Shown here: piece after piece, positions 18,264 to 29,421 of the stretch
Layout of the letters: each line of letters begins with the position of its first letter
Position numbering within the stretch: the stretch's first letter is position 1
DNA from: Pseudomonadota bacterium
GTDB lineage: Bacteria; Myxococcota; JACRCW01; JAFGSX01
Direction of reading: 5' to 3'
Length of the DNA stretch: 64,000 bases
Assembly: GCA_043821645.1 (NCBI GenBank)
Contig: JBDRCO010000037.1
Span: forward strand, 32,001 to 96,000
The notes under the pieces: generated by a model
What the model was told of the DNA's origin: nothing
Database searches by the model: none
Seen by the model: only the letters and a program-made list of their open reading frames with translations
Translations under genes and position numbers: made by a program

Positions 18264-20612
18264 ATGTGGCGGACGCGCACGGCCATCGCGCTGGTGACCC
18301 TGGCCAGCCTGCTGTTCGAGGTGACCCTCACCCGGGTTCTGTCCTTCACACTGTGGTACCACTTCGCTTTTCTCGTCGTGGGTGTGGCGCTGCTCGGCTC
18401 GGCCTCCGCCGGCACCTGGCTTGCCACGCGTCGGGCCAGCGTCGACACCGTGGTCACCTGGCGCTGGGCACTGGTGCTGGCGCTGGCTCTGCCGGTGTCC
18501 CACGCGGCCTTCCAACTCATCCCCTTCGAGCCGTTTCGCCTCGCCCTGGAGCCGATGCAGTGGGTGCTGGGCGCGTTCGGGGTGGTGGTCCTGGCCGCGC
18601 CCTTTTTTGCCAACGGCGTGATCCTGTCCTCGTTGCTGGCGCGTGCGGGCGAGCGGCCCTACCCGGTGTACGCCGCGGATCTGCTCGGCGCGGGTCTTGG
18701 TGCTACCCTTGCTCCCCTGGTCATCGGGCGGGTCGGTGCGCCCGGCGCCATCGTTGTCGCCGCCGTGCTGGCCGGCGTGGCAGCCCTGCTCTTCGCCTGG
18801 GTCGAGCGGGGCATCGCGCGCTGGCTCAGCGCCGGGGTGGTGTTCGGTCTCATCGTGCTGCTGCCCACCGCGCACCAGGTCCTGCCCTGGCGCGTGAGCG
18901 CCGACAAGCGGATCGGGGGTCAATCCGCAGAGGCTGTGCTGCGCCAGGAAAGGCTGGTGCGGTGGTCAGGCTGGGATATCGCCTCCCGGGTCGATGTCAT
19001 CGCCACCCGGGAGGGCGCGCGCATCCTGGTTGACGCCGGCACCGCGATGACCCGCGTGCCTCGTGTTCCCGCGACGCTCGACCACCTGACGCCCATCGTC
19101 GATGCCACGGCGGCGGTGTTGCAGCCCGCCCGCGGGCAGCGCGTACTGATCGTCGGATCCGGTGGTGGCTGGGAGGTCCTGCGTGCTCTCTCGCACGGCG
19201 CCGCCCTGGTCGACGCCGTTGAGATCAACCCGCTCGTGGTGCGCTGGGTGCAGCAGGACCTGCGCGACGGTGCGGCGCGTCTGCATCAGGATCCTCGTGT
19301 GAGGCTCCACCTCGACGAGGCACGGGCCTTCTTGACCGCGCACGACACGCGCTACCGGGCCATTCTGATGGTGCACACCATCAGCAACGCAGCCTACGGC
19401 GCCGGCGCCATGAGCCTGGCCGAGGACTACATCCTGACCCGCGAGGCCTTTGTCACCCTGCTGGCACATCTCGACGACGAGGGACTGTTGCTGGTGACGC
19501 GGCCAGATGCCCAGCTGGCTCGCCTGGTGCGGACCGTGCAAGCAGCACTGCCTGGGGGTGTCGAGGTGGATCACACGGGGCTGGCCTTCGTGGACCCCCG
19601 CGGTGCCGGTTTCTTTGCCGGACTCATCACCTCGAGGCGTGCGCTCACTCCCGAGACGCGTTCGCGCATCGAGCAGCTCCTGACGACGCTGGGTCTTCAG
19701 GTGCGGGTCCCGTCGTCGCTGCGCGCACCTTCGTCGCGATCGATCACAACGCCGGCCTCCGACGACCAGCCCTTCTTCTCGCAACGTGTTCGATTTTCGG
19801 ACCTTGGGCTGGCGGATCTTGGCGCTGTGCTGGGGGGGCGCAGCTCTGACCTCGACGCGCGAGGATCACAGCACGCTGCCGATGGCCGCATGGCCCTCGA
19901 GGAAAGACCCGTGGCCGAGATCGCTGCCGTGGGCACGGGCTTCATCGCCTGCCTGGTCGGGTTGCTCGGGGTGCTGCTTCCTCTGATCCTGGCGCGACGC
20001 ACCCGGCGCCAGCTCGCGGCGCAGCCTGCGGCGGTCGTGCTGCGCTTCGTGGCCCTGGGACTGGCCTTTCTGTTCGTCGAGATCGCCTTGATGCAGAAGC
20101 TGACCCGCGTTCTTGGCCACCCGTCGCTATCCTTCGCCGTGGTTCTCGGTGCCCTGCTCGTGGGCACAGGTCTCTCGAGCCTGCTGCTGGCTCCCAGGTT
20201 GGCGACCCGGCTGCGTCCCCTGCGAGCAGCACTCTGGATCGCGGCGGCCAGCGCGGGCCTACTCGCGGTCAGCCTGAGCGCTGTGCTTGGCTTGGTCGAG
20301 GCTGCGCCCCTGGCTGTGCGTATTCTCGCAGCTCTGCTGCTGTGCACCGGCATGGGTCTGGCCATGGGCCTGCCTTTCCCCACCGCGCTGCGCGATCTGG
20401 CGCAGCAAGGGGGGAGCGTGCCGTGGGCCTTCGGCGTCAACGGCTTTGCCTCGGTGGCTGCACCGGCTCTCGCTCTGGTCGCAGGCGCCGAGTTCGGCCT
20501 GACGGCGACTCTGCTCGTGGGATCATTGCTCTATGCCTTGTGTGGAGTGTTGCCCGAGAGCACACCGCCGCCGCGTCCGGACCTGTCCCGCGCTGGAGGA
20601 GCGGAGTCATGA
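18264..20612 (+). CDS. Polytopic membrane protein with central spermidine-synthase-like SAM-binding domain
   Basis: N- and C-terminal TM bundles; LIVGSGGGWEV, DAVEINP, DEARAFL, EDYILTREAF, SDDQPFF. Confidence 0.8.
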   Translation: MWRTRTAIALVTLASLLFEVTLTRVLSFTLWYHFAFLVVGVALLGSASAGTWLATRRASVDTVVTWRWALVLALALPVSHAAFQLIPFEPFRLALEPMQWVLGAFGVVVLAAPFFANGVILSSLLARAGERPYPVYAADLLGAGLGATLAPLVIGRVGAPGAIVVAAVLAGVAALLFAWVERGIARWLSAGVVFGLIVLLPTAHQVLPWRVSADKRIGGQSAEAVLRQERLVRWSGWDIASRVDVIATREGARILVDAGTAMTRVPRVPATLDHLTPIVDATAAVLQPARGQRVLIVGSGGGWEVLRALSHGAALVDAVEINPLVVRWVQQDLRDGAARLHQDPRVRLHLDEARAFLTAHDTRYRAILMVHTISNAAYGAGAMSLAEDYILTREAFVTLLAHLDDEGLLLVTRPDAQLARLVRTVQAALPGGVEVDHTGLAFVDPRGAGFFAGLITSRRALTPETRSRIEQLLTTLGLQVRVPSSLRAPSSRSITTPASDDQPFFSQRVRFSDLGLADLGAVLGGRSSDLDARGSQHAADGRMALEERPVAEIAAVGTGFIACLVGLLGVLLPLILARRTRRQLAAQPAAVVLRFVALGLAFLFVEIALMQKLTRVLGHPSLSFAVVLGALLVGTGLSSLLLAPRLATRLRPLRAALWIAAASAGLLAVSLSAVLGLVEAAPLAVRILAALLLCTGMGLAMGLPFPTALRDLAQQGGSVPWAFGVNGFASVAAPALALVAGAEFGLTATLLVGSLLYALCGVLPESTPPPRPDLSRAGGAES

Positions 20613-21754
20613 AGAAGCCGCTCGTCATCGCCGCCTCCTTGTTGACGCTTGTTCTCGTCGCTGCGGTGCTGGCATTCATCACCCTGGACAGGTGGGTGTT
20701 CGCGGCGCTGGATCCTGGCGTCTTTGATCCAGACAAGACTCCCGCCGCCCCCGACTACGGCAAGGAAGCGGCCTGGGCGGCGCTGCCCACGATGGTGGAC
20801 GACGCCGACACTGCGCTGCCCGAGTTACCTGCCGTGGACCCCGCGGCGGCCGCGGCCGATGTGTTCTTCGTCCACCCCACGACCTCCCTTGGCTCGTCGT
20901 GGAATGCTCCGCCAAACGATCCCGTCGTGGTGCAAGCCACGGCTCGCGGTGCCACGCTGATCCAGGCGAGCGTCTTCAACGCCTGCTGTGCGGTGTATGC
21001 CCCGCGTTATCGACAGGCCCATGGCACGACCTTCGTGGAACCCAGTCCAGACGGAGCACGCGCCCAGGACATCGCCTACTCGGATGTGGCTGCTGCATTC
21101 GAGTTTTTCCTCGAGCACCACAGCCGTGGCCGCCCCTTCATCCTGGCCTCGCACAGCCAGGGAACAGTGCTGTCGGCACGCCTGCTGCGCGAGCGCATCT
21201 GGGGGCAGGAAGCAGGCTCTCGCCTCGTCGCGGCCTACCTGATCGGAGGACCCATCACGCGCCTGGTTCTGGGACCCGAGATTCCCCTCTGTGCATCCGC
21301 GGAGCAGACGGGCTGCGTCATCGCCTACAATGCCCGGGGGCCTCGCTACGTCGGCAATGACCTGGATTTCGCCAATCCAGGCGGCAAGGCTGTCGGTCGT
21401 CCAACCCACGGTTGGCTTTGCACCAATCCGCTCTCCTGGTCCACGGACGACGTCCGGGCGCCGGCCTCTGCGCACGCGGGGGCGCTGTTTCTGGACGCGG
21501 ACACGCCCCGGGTCCTGCCCAGCTTTGCCGATGCCCGGTGCCAGGACGGGCGCCTGCTCGTCGAGAAGATCGGCGACATCCCCCGGCGCGATGTCATGAG
21601 CTGGTTGTTGCTGAGGATCATCGGGCCGCAGAACTACCACCCCATCGAGTACCAGCTGTTCTACGTCAACCTGCGGCGGAACGCGCAGGTGCGCGTCCGG
21701 GCCTGGCTGGAACATCGTGCAGAGATTGTGGCTCCCGCCAGCATGCCCGGCTGA
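20609..21754 (+). CDS. DUF3089-family alpha/beta hydrolase (membrane-anchored esterase-like)
   Basis: ATGA overlap; DVFFVHPT, YAPRYRQA, nucleophile elbow SHSQG, CTNPLSW, NYHPIEYQLFY. Confidence 0.85.
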   Translation: MKKPLVIAASLLTLVLVAAVLAFITLDRWVFAALDPGVFDPDKTPAAPDYGKEAAWAALPTMVDDADTALPELPAVDPAAAAADVFFVHPTTSLGSSWNAPPNDPVVVQATARGATLIQASVFNACCAVYAPRYRQAHGTTFVEPSPDGARAQDIAYSDVAAAFEFFLEHHSRGRPFILASHSQGTVLSARLLRERIWGQEAGSRLVAAYLIGGPITRLVLGPEIPLCASAEQTGCVIAYNARGPRYVGNDLDFANPGGKAVGRPTHGWLCTNPLSWSTDDVRAPASAHAGALFLDADTPRVLPSFADARCQDGRLLVEKIGDIPRRDVMSWLLLRIIGPQNYHPIEYQLFYVNLRRNAQVRVRAWLEHRAEIVAPASMPG

Positions 21755-21934
21755 ATCGTGACATTCACCTCCCCAACGCATGGCCACCGATTGTTGTTTG
21801 CGCCCCATTCTCTGAGCTAGGCTGCCCCCTCTTCTGGTGCTGCTGCGGGGGCTTGCAGCATCCGACCATGGCAGCGGTCTCGCATGGTTGCCTGTGGAAG
21901 CGGTCGCTCATTTTTTTCAGGTGAGGTGTCGTGC

Positions 21935-22834
21935 ATGCCCTGTCCCCCTCTTGTTGATCCCGCGGGAACCTTGACCCGAAGTCTCGCGCGTCTGCGTGGC
22001 GGCATGGTAGTCGCGGTCTTGTTCTCGACGCTGCTCGCCTTCAACGGGCTGCAGGTGGTCAGCCTGCTGGTGCGGCTGTTCTCGTTGCGCGCGTTTCGCG
22101 CCATCAATCGCTGGGGTGCGAACACCTGGTGGGGATGGTGCACCTACATGGCGGCCTGGGGATATGGCACGGGCATCGCGCTCAGTGGCGACGAGCTGCC
22201 TCCGCTCGAACACGTGCTGCTGCTATCCAACCATCAGCAGATGGCGGACATCACCTTCTTGATGTTTCTCGGTCGACGCCAGCAGCGGCTGGGCGACATG
22301 AAGTGGTTCGTCAAGGACATCGTCAAATGGGTTCCGGGCGTGGGCTGGGGCATGCTGTTCCTCGACTGTCTGTTCGTGAAGCGGCAGTGGGCCGAGGACC
22401 GGAACTCCATCGCGCGCACCTTCGCCAGCATTCTCAAGGGACGCGTTCCTTTGTGGCTGATCCTGTTCCCCGAGGGCACGCGAATCACCGCCAGCAAGGT
22501 CCAGCGCAGCCATGACAAGGCCCTGCGCAAGGGCACGGCGCGCTACGATCACGTGCTGCCACCGCACACGCGTGGTTTCACGGCCTCGGTGCAGGGACTG
22601 CGCGAGCACCTGCACGCCGTGTACGACGTCAGCATCGCCTACGAGCAGGGCGTCCCGTCGCTGTGGCAGTACATCCAGGGCTTTGGTCGCCTGGCCCATA
22701 TCCATGTGCGTCGCTACACCATGGACCAGCTCCCGCAGGAGGACGCCGAGCTCGACCGCTGGTTGCAGGACAGGTGGGCTGAAAAGGACAGGTTGCTCGG
22801 GTCCTTCTACACCGACGGGACTTTCGCTGTCTGA
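21935..22834 (+). CDS. Lysophospholipid acyltransferase (PlsC/LCLAT1-like)
   Basis: SNHQQMAD (HxxxxD), FVKR, LFPEGTR, HVLPPHTRGF. Confidence 0.88.
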   Translation: MPCPPLVDPAGTLTRSLARLRGGMVVAVLFSTLLAFNGLQVVSLLVRLFSLRAFRAINRWGANTWWGWCTYMAAWGYGTGIALSGDELPPLEHVLLLSNHQQMADITFLMFLGRRQQRLGDMKWFVKDIVKWVPGVGWGMLFLDCLFVKRQWAEDRNSIARTFASILKGRVPLWLILFPEGTRITASKVQRSHDKALRKGTARYDHVLPPHTRGFTASVQGLREHLHAVYDVSIAYEQGVPSLWQYIQGFGRLAHIHVRRYTMDQLPQEDAELDRWLQDRWAEKDRLLGSFYTDGTFAV

Positions 22835-23009
22835 CCGGGCTCGGAGAGCGCAGGACGATTGTGGCATACCCTGATACGCGAGCGCCGCGGGGGCCCGAGG
22901 CCGCCTGTTGACCCGATCAGGGCGCGATGCTACCGCTGCCAGGTCCGTCTCACCGTCGGAGCCGCGCCCGCGGGGACGCGCGCAAACCGACCAGCTCGAG
23001 GAGTTCGCC

Positions 23010-24185
23010 ATGCCCAACGCCGTCATCGTCGGAGCAGCCCGCACCCCCATCGGTGCTTTCCAGGGATCCCTGTCGTCCCTTTCCGCGGCCAAGCTCGGCG
23101 CCGTCGCCATCAAGGCAGCCCTCGAGCGCGCGGGTGTCGCGCCCGACCAGGTCGACCAGGTGTACATGGGCAACGTGCTCATGGGTGGCCAAGGGCAAGC
23201 CCCGGCGCGCCAGGCCGCCATCTACGCCGGTCTGCCCAAGAAGGTGCCCTGCACCACCATCAACAAGGTGTGCGGCTCGGGCCTCAAGGCGGTGATGCTG
23301 GCCGCCAACGAGATCCGCCTGGGCGAGGCCCAGGTGGTGGTGGCCGGCGGCATGGAGTCCATGAGCAACGCGCCCTACTACCTGTTCAAGGCACGCGACG
23401 GCTATCGCATGGGCAATGGTGAGCTGGTCGACGGCATGATTCACGACGGCCTATGGGACCCCTACGGCAACGTGCACATGGGGACCTGTGGTGACCTGTG
23501 TGCCCGCGAGAAGAACTTCAGTCGCGAGGACCAGGACGCCTTCTCGAAGACCAGCTATGAAAGAGCGCAGAAGGCCTGGGCCGAGGGCCTGTTTCAGGAT
23601 GAGGTGGTGCCGGTCCAGATCCCGCAGAGAAAGGGCGATCCTGTCGTCGTCAGCCAGGATGAGGAGCCGGCCAAGGGCAACTTCAAGAAAATGCCCGAGC
23701 TGCGACCCGCGTTCGGCAAGGAGGGAACGGTCACAGCGGCCAACGCCAGCAAGATCGACGATGGCGCAGCGGCGGTGGTGGTGGTCAGCGAGGACTACGC
23801 CAAGCAGCACAGGCTGACCGTGCTCGGTCGCATCGTGGCCTACGACGGTGTTGCCCAGGAGCCCGAGTGGTTCACCACCGCGCCGGTGGGCGCGATCCAG
23901 CGCACCCTCGACAAGGTCAAGCTGAGCACAGGAGACATCGACCTGTACGAGATCAACGAGGCCTTCGCCGTCGTCACCATGGTGACGATGCGCGAGCTGA
24001 AGCTCGACCATGCCAAGGTCAACGTGCATGGCGGCGCCGTGTCCCTGGGGCACCCCATTGGCTGCTCCGGAACCCGCATCCTGGTCACCCTGTTGCACGC
24101 CATGAAAGCCCGCGGTGCCAAGCGTGGCCTGGCGTCGCTGTGCATTGGTGGTGGCGAGGCGGTGGCCCTGGTCGTCGAGAGATGA
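23010..24185 (+). CDS. Acetyl-CoA C-acyltransferase (thiolase)
   Basis: ARTPIG, NKVCGSG, NEAFA, GHPIGCSG, LCIGGG; RBS GAGGAG. Confidence 0.95.
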   Translation: MPNAVIVGAARTPIGAFQGSLSSLSAAKLGAVAIKAALERAGVAPDQVDQVYMGNVLMGGQGQAPARQAAIYAGLPKKVPCTTINKVCGSGLKAVMLAANEIRLGEAQVVVAGGMESMSNAPYYLFKARDGYRMGNGELVDGMIHDGLWDPYGNVHMGTCGDLCAREKNFSREDQDAFSKTSYERAQKAWAEGLFQDEVVPVQIPQRKGDPVVVSQDEEPAKGNFKKMPELRPAFGKEGTVTAANASKIDDGAAAVVVVSEDYAKQHRLTVLGRIVAYDGVAQEPEWFTTAPVGAIQRTLDKVKLSTGDIDLYEINEAFAVVTMVTMRELKLDHAKVNVHGGAVSLGHPIGCSGTRILVTLLHAMKARGAKRGLASLCIGGGEAVALVVER

Positions 24186-24186
24186 T

Positions 24187-24453
24187 GTGAAGATCCCATC
24201 CCGCGACCGCGATCTCGAGCCCATCCTCGATGAGCTGAGGCAGAACTTCGACCGTGCCATGAACCTGGACGTGCAGGGTCTGCGCGAGCGTGTCGAGCTG
24301 CTCGAGGCCGAGAACCGCGGCCTGCGCGGGGAGCTGGTCGAACTCAAGCAGGGCTTCGAGCTGTTGCGCCACATCGCCAGCGAGCACGAGGAGCGGCTCA
24401 AGCTGGTCGAGAAGGGCGCCACCGTGACCGCGGCCGTACGCCGCACAGCCTGA
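24187..24453 (+). CDS. Small coiled-coil hypothetical protein (88 aa)
   Basis: GTG start 1 nt after thiolase stop; heptad Leu pattern LRERVELLEAENRGLRGELVELKQGF; fills the gap to the next gene. Confidence 0.6.
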   Translation: MKIPSRDRDLEPILDELRQNFDRAMNLDVQGLRERVELLEAENRGLRGELVELKQGFELLRHIASEHEERLKLVEKGATVTAAVRRTA

Positions 24454-24477
24454 CGATTTGCACATCCGGAGGACGTG

Positions 24478-25620
<1,143 letters not shown>

Positions 25621-25687
25621 CGCTGCTCCGAGGTCTGGATACCCACAAGGACAGCGCTGCAAGCATCCCATCTGGGGAGGTCGAGAG

Positions 25688-26833
25688 ATGGATTTCGAGC
25701 TGAGTGAAGATCATCGTCTGGTGCAAGAAGCTGCTCGCGATTTTGCGATTCGAGCCGTGGCGCCGGGGGCCGCGGAGCGGGATCGCACACACATCTTTCC
25801 CGTCGACATCATCGGTCAGCTCGCCGAGCTCGGTTTCCTTGGCGTCAAGGTCAAGGATACCTATGGCGGTGCTGGCTGCGACTTCACGTCCTATGCTCTT
25901 GTCATGCGTGAGATCTCGCGCGCCTGTGCCTCGACGGCGGTGGCCATGGCCGTGACCAATATGGTGGCCGATGCCATCGAGATGTTCGGCAGCGACGAGC
26001 AGAAGCAGCGCCTGTTGCCTCCGCTGATGCGTGGTGAGCTGTGCACCGGGGCCTTCTGCCTGTCCGAGCCAGAGGCGGGCAGCGACGCCACGGCCGTGCG
26101 CTGCACCGCGCGCCTGGATGGCGACCACTACGTGCTCGACGGCACCAAGCAGTGGGTGACCAACGGTGTCAACGCGGGCCTGGCCGTGATCTTTGCCACA
26201 CTCGATCGCAGCCGCGGCAAGGACGCGCTGTGCGCCTTCGTGGTCGAGAAGGGTACACCGGGCTTCTCGGTGGCCAGGGTTGAGGAGAAGATGGGCTTGC
26301 GGTCGTCGGAAACCGCGCAGCTTGTGCTGGACGGTGCCCGGGTGCCCGCGGCCAACCGTCTCGGCGCCGAAGGGGAGGGCGCGCGCATTGCCTTCGGCGT
26401 GCTCGATGGCGGGCGCGTGGGTGTGTCGTCGCAGGCCGTGGGTGTTGGCGAGGCCGCCCTGGCCGAGGGCGTCAAGTTCGCCCGCGAGCGCAAGGCCTTT
26501 GGCAAGGCCGTGGCCGAGTTCCAGGCGCTGCAGTGGATGATCGCAGATACCGCCACCGAGCTCGAAGCGGCGTGGCTGCTGACCTTGCGTGCCGCCAACC
26601 TGCGCGACGCCGGGCAGCGCGTGACTCGCGAGGCGTCGATGGCCAAGGTCTTTGCCACCGAGGCCTGCGGTCGTGCCGTGGATCGCATGCTTCAGATCCA
26701 CGGTGGCTACGGCTACACCCGCGATTACCCCATCGAGCGCCTGTACCGCGACGCCCGGGTGTTTCGCATCTACGAGGGCACTTCCGAGATCCAGCGCCTG
26801 GTCATCGCGCGGCAGCTCCTGCAGGAGCAGTGA
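25688..26833 (+). CDS. Acyl-CoA dehydrogenase (second paralog)
   Basis: Start [44 protein letters not shown]. Confidence 0.95.
   Translation: MDFELSEDHRLVQEAARDFAIRAVAPGAAERDRTHIFPVDIIGQLAELGFLGVKVKDTYGGAGCDFTSYALVMREISRACASTAVAMAVTNMVADAIEMFGSDEQKQRLLPPLMRGELCTGAFCLSEPEAGSDATAVRCTARLDGDHYVLDGTKQWVTNGVNAGLAVIFATLDRSRGKDALCAFVVEKGTPGFSVARVEEKMGLRSSETAQLVLDGARVPAANRLGAEGEGARIAFGVLDGGRVGVSSQAVGVGEAALAEGVKFARERKAFGKAVAEFQALQWMIADTATELEAAWLLTLRAANLRDAGQRVTREASMAKVFATEACGRAVDRMLQIHGGYGYTRDYPIERLYRDARVFRIYEGTSEIQRLVIARQLLQEQ
26591..26823 (+). repeat. 233-bp direct repeat, copy 1 (3' end of acyl-CoA dehydrogenase)
   Basis: Aligns without gaps to 29026..29258 with 7 mismatches (hand count). Confidence 0.95.
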
Positions 26834-26915
26834 TGGACTCCTGTCGCTTCTCTTCCGCATTTTGTCACGAAGGATGGCAAGAGTGAGGAGTGCGGCCACT
26901 CCTGGAACCAGCACA

Positions 26916-29024
26916 ATGTTTTCGACCCTGAGAGCACTCTTAGCAGCCCATCGCACAGCCTTGTCGCTGCTCGTCCTCGGCTTCACCACCCTGTTCCTCG
27001 AACTCGCGCTCATCCGGTTTCTCTCTGCCAGTGTCTGGAACCTGGGCTACTTTCCAAACTTCGTGTTGATGGCAGTGTTCATCGGCATGGGCCTCGGCTT
27101 CGTGCTGAATCGCCGTCTCTCGGATCGCTCGTCAGTCCTCGTTTACGAAGGAACAAGCCTTCTGATGCTCGGGATCATCGCGCTGGCGATCTTCTTTCGA
27201 CCTCAGGTGCCGGGGTTTGGTCCCAACGAGGGGCTGATAGCGGGAGAAGTCTTCTTTTCCGACGACAGGACGAACGACGGCGGCCTGGGCTATCTTTTTC
27301 TTGCGGTCACCTTCGTCTTCGTGATGTTGACTGCAGCGGCAGTTTCCCAGCGAACAGCTCGCCTGTTCAGGCAATTCTCTCCTCTGCTCGCATACTCCCT
27401 GGATATCAGCGGAGCCATACTCGGGATTCTCGTCTTCTCACTCATGAGCTGGGCGCAACTTCCGGCATGGGGTTGGTTTCTCGTCGTCAGCTCCACCTTT
27501 TTGGCCGCGGCCCCAAAGACGCCTGCATGGAGGCGGGGAACAGCGGCCACCCTCCTTGTTGCCATGGTGTACCTGGCTTCTCTCTCTGATCGACACCCGC
27601 TGTGCGTTCCCGAACAGGCCGAGACCTTTCAGTCTTGGTGGTCGCCCTACCAGCGGCTCGACCTGGTCGTCGTGCCACCTCAGCCACTCGCCGTCTGCGC
27701 CAACGGTATTGCTCACCAGGTTCTTCTTCCTGGAGACAAACTCAAGGGTTCCATCTACGACGCGCCGCACCGTGCTCACGCTGCCGCCCACCTACCCCCA
27801 TACCGGCGGGTTCTCATCATTGGAGGCGGGACGGGAAACGATGCGGCGGCGGCACTGATGCACGGTGCGGAGCACATCGACGTCGTGGAGATCGATCCGC
27901 AGATCGCCGCCATCGGCAAGGCTGCGCACCCCGAAAAGCCCTACAGCGATCCCCGCGTCCATCTCATCATCAACGATGGACGCAATTTCATCGAACGTAC
28001 TGAGAATCAGTACGACTTGATCGTTTTCGCGCTTACCGACTCTGTCCTCAAGGTCTCCGCTCACTCCCAGCTGCGCCTCGAGAACTACCTGTTCACGCTG
28101 GAGTCGATCACGGGAGCGTATTCTCGTCTGAGCAGTGATGGGGACCTGATTCTGTGCAACTTCTACCGCCAGGCCTGGTTGGTTCAGAAGCTGCTCGCCA
28201 TGGTCTCGGTGGCGACAGGTCGGACCCCGCACATCGTCATGCAGTCGCACGATTTCGTCATGATCAGCGGGTCCCCATCTGCAGCACCATACCGAGGACC
28301 GGAGTTCGACAAGGACCAGCTACCGGTGGATGACTGGCCCTTCCTGTACCTGAAGCAGCGCGCCGTGCCTGGCTTCTACCTCGGCGTCCTGTCCGCGCTT
28401 GCGCTTTTTGTGGCCGCGATGATCTGGATTGCCCACCGATGGGCCCGCCGAGACCAATCCCAGTCTCATGCCGCGACGAGCATCTGGCTCAAGGTCACGT
28501 TCCTGGCAATGGGGATGGCTTTCATGCTCCTCGAAACGAAGAGCGTTGTGCAGTTCAGCCTGCTTTTCGGAACCACCTGGATCAACTCCTTGCTGGTGTT
28601 TTTGGGAGTCCTCGTATCGGTCCTGATTGCGAACTGGTGTGCTCACGTGCTTCGAGAGAAACGGATCTGGTGGCCGGTGTTCGGGGCTCTCATCCTTGCC
28701 TGCTTGTTACCCCTGGCATTTCCGCTCTCCGCGTTGCTGAACGTGCAATCGGATACCTGGCGTGTCCTCGTGGCGAGCATGCTCACGTTTGCACCGATCT
28801 TCTTTGCGAATCTTCTCTTCGGCGCGGTGTTCGCTCGGCAGCCGGCGGCAGAGAGCCTGTTTGGCTGGAATCTGATTGGATCGACGCTCGGAGGCCTTCT
28901 CGAATACGCCAGCATGGCAACCGGGTACTCATTTCTCGCCGTGCTTGTGGCCCTCCTGTACTGCCTGGCGTTTTTGGCGCTCATGCTGGATGGGCGCCGC
29001 GAAGGAGCTTTGTCATCTGGCTAA
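26916..29024 (+). CDS. Polytopic membrane protein with spermidine-synthase-like SAM domain (lower GC)
   Basis: WSPYQRL, NGIAHQ, LIIGGGTGND, DVVEIDP, NDGRNFI, RLENYLFT, DDWPFLYL, FMLLETK. Confidence 0.85.
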   Translation: MFSTLRALLAAHRTALSLLVLGFTTLFLELALIRFLSASVWNLGYFPNFVLMAVFIGMGLGFVLNRRLSDRSSVLVYEGTSLLMLGIIALAIFFRPQVPGFGPNEGLIAGEVFFSDDRTNDGGLGYLFLAVTFVFVMLTAAAVSQRTARLFRQFSPLLAYSLDISGAILGILVFSLMSWAQLPAWGWFLVVSSTFLAAAPKTPAWRRGTAATLLVAMVYLASLSDRHPLCVPEQAETFQSWWSPYQRLDLVVVPPQPLAVCANGIAHQVLLPGDKLKGSIYDAPHRAHAAAHLPPYRRVLIIGGGTGNDAAAALMHGAEHIDVVEIDPQIAAIGKAAHPEKPYSDPRVHLIINDGRNFIERTENQYDLIVFALTDSVLKVSAHSQLRLENYLFTLESITGAYSRLSSDGDLILCNFYRQAWLVQKLLAMVSVATGRTPHIVMQSHDFVMISGSPSAAPYRGPEFDKDQLPVDDWPFLYLKQRAVPGFYLGVLSALALFVAAMIWIAHRWARRDQSQSHAATSIWLKVTFLAMGMAFMLLETKSVVQFSLLFGTTWINSLLVFLGVLVSVLIANWCAHVLREKRIWWPVFGALILACLLPLAFPLSALLNVQSDTWRVLVASMLTFAPIFFANLLFGAVFARQPAAESLFGWNLIGSTLGGLLEYASMATGYSFLAVLVALLYCLAFLALMLDGRREGALSSG

Positions 29025-29025
29025 C

Positions 29026-29258
29026 GCCGCCAACCTGCGCGACGCCGGGCAGCGCGTGACGAGCGAGGCGTCGATGGCCAAGGTCTTTGCCACCGAGGCC
29101 TGCGGTCGTGCCGTGGATCGCATGCTTCAGATCCACGGTGGCTACGGCTCCACCCGCGATGACCCCATCGAGCGCCTGTACCGCGACGCCCGGGTGTTTC
29201 GCATCTATGAGGGCACTTCCGAGATCCAGCGCCTGGTCATCGCACGGCAGATCCTGCA
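29026..29258 (+). pseudogene. 233-bp direct repeat, copy 2: acyl-CoA dehydrogenase 3' fragment
   Basis: No 5' part or start; conserved GGYGY becomes GGYGS and DYP becomes DDP. Confidence 0.9.
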
Positions 29259-29421
29259 ACACCACCGAGGCGGCCACGGCCACTGCCCGCGGTTTTTTAA
29301 ACGGATGGGTCTTTTGCCACCGCTCGTCGCCTGACCGGACCTGCCAGAGCTCCAAAATGAGGTCGTCAATGCTACTCGGTATAGCCGTCACGCATTCTGC
29401 CTGCTGTCTTCGAGGTGAGCG

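Noticed and set aside
28876-29334. 152-aa ORF resembling an acyl-CoA dehydrogenase
   Set aside because: Only the duplicated 3' fragment with damaged motifs, fused to out-of-frame sequence; treated as a pseudogene fragment.
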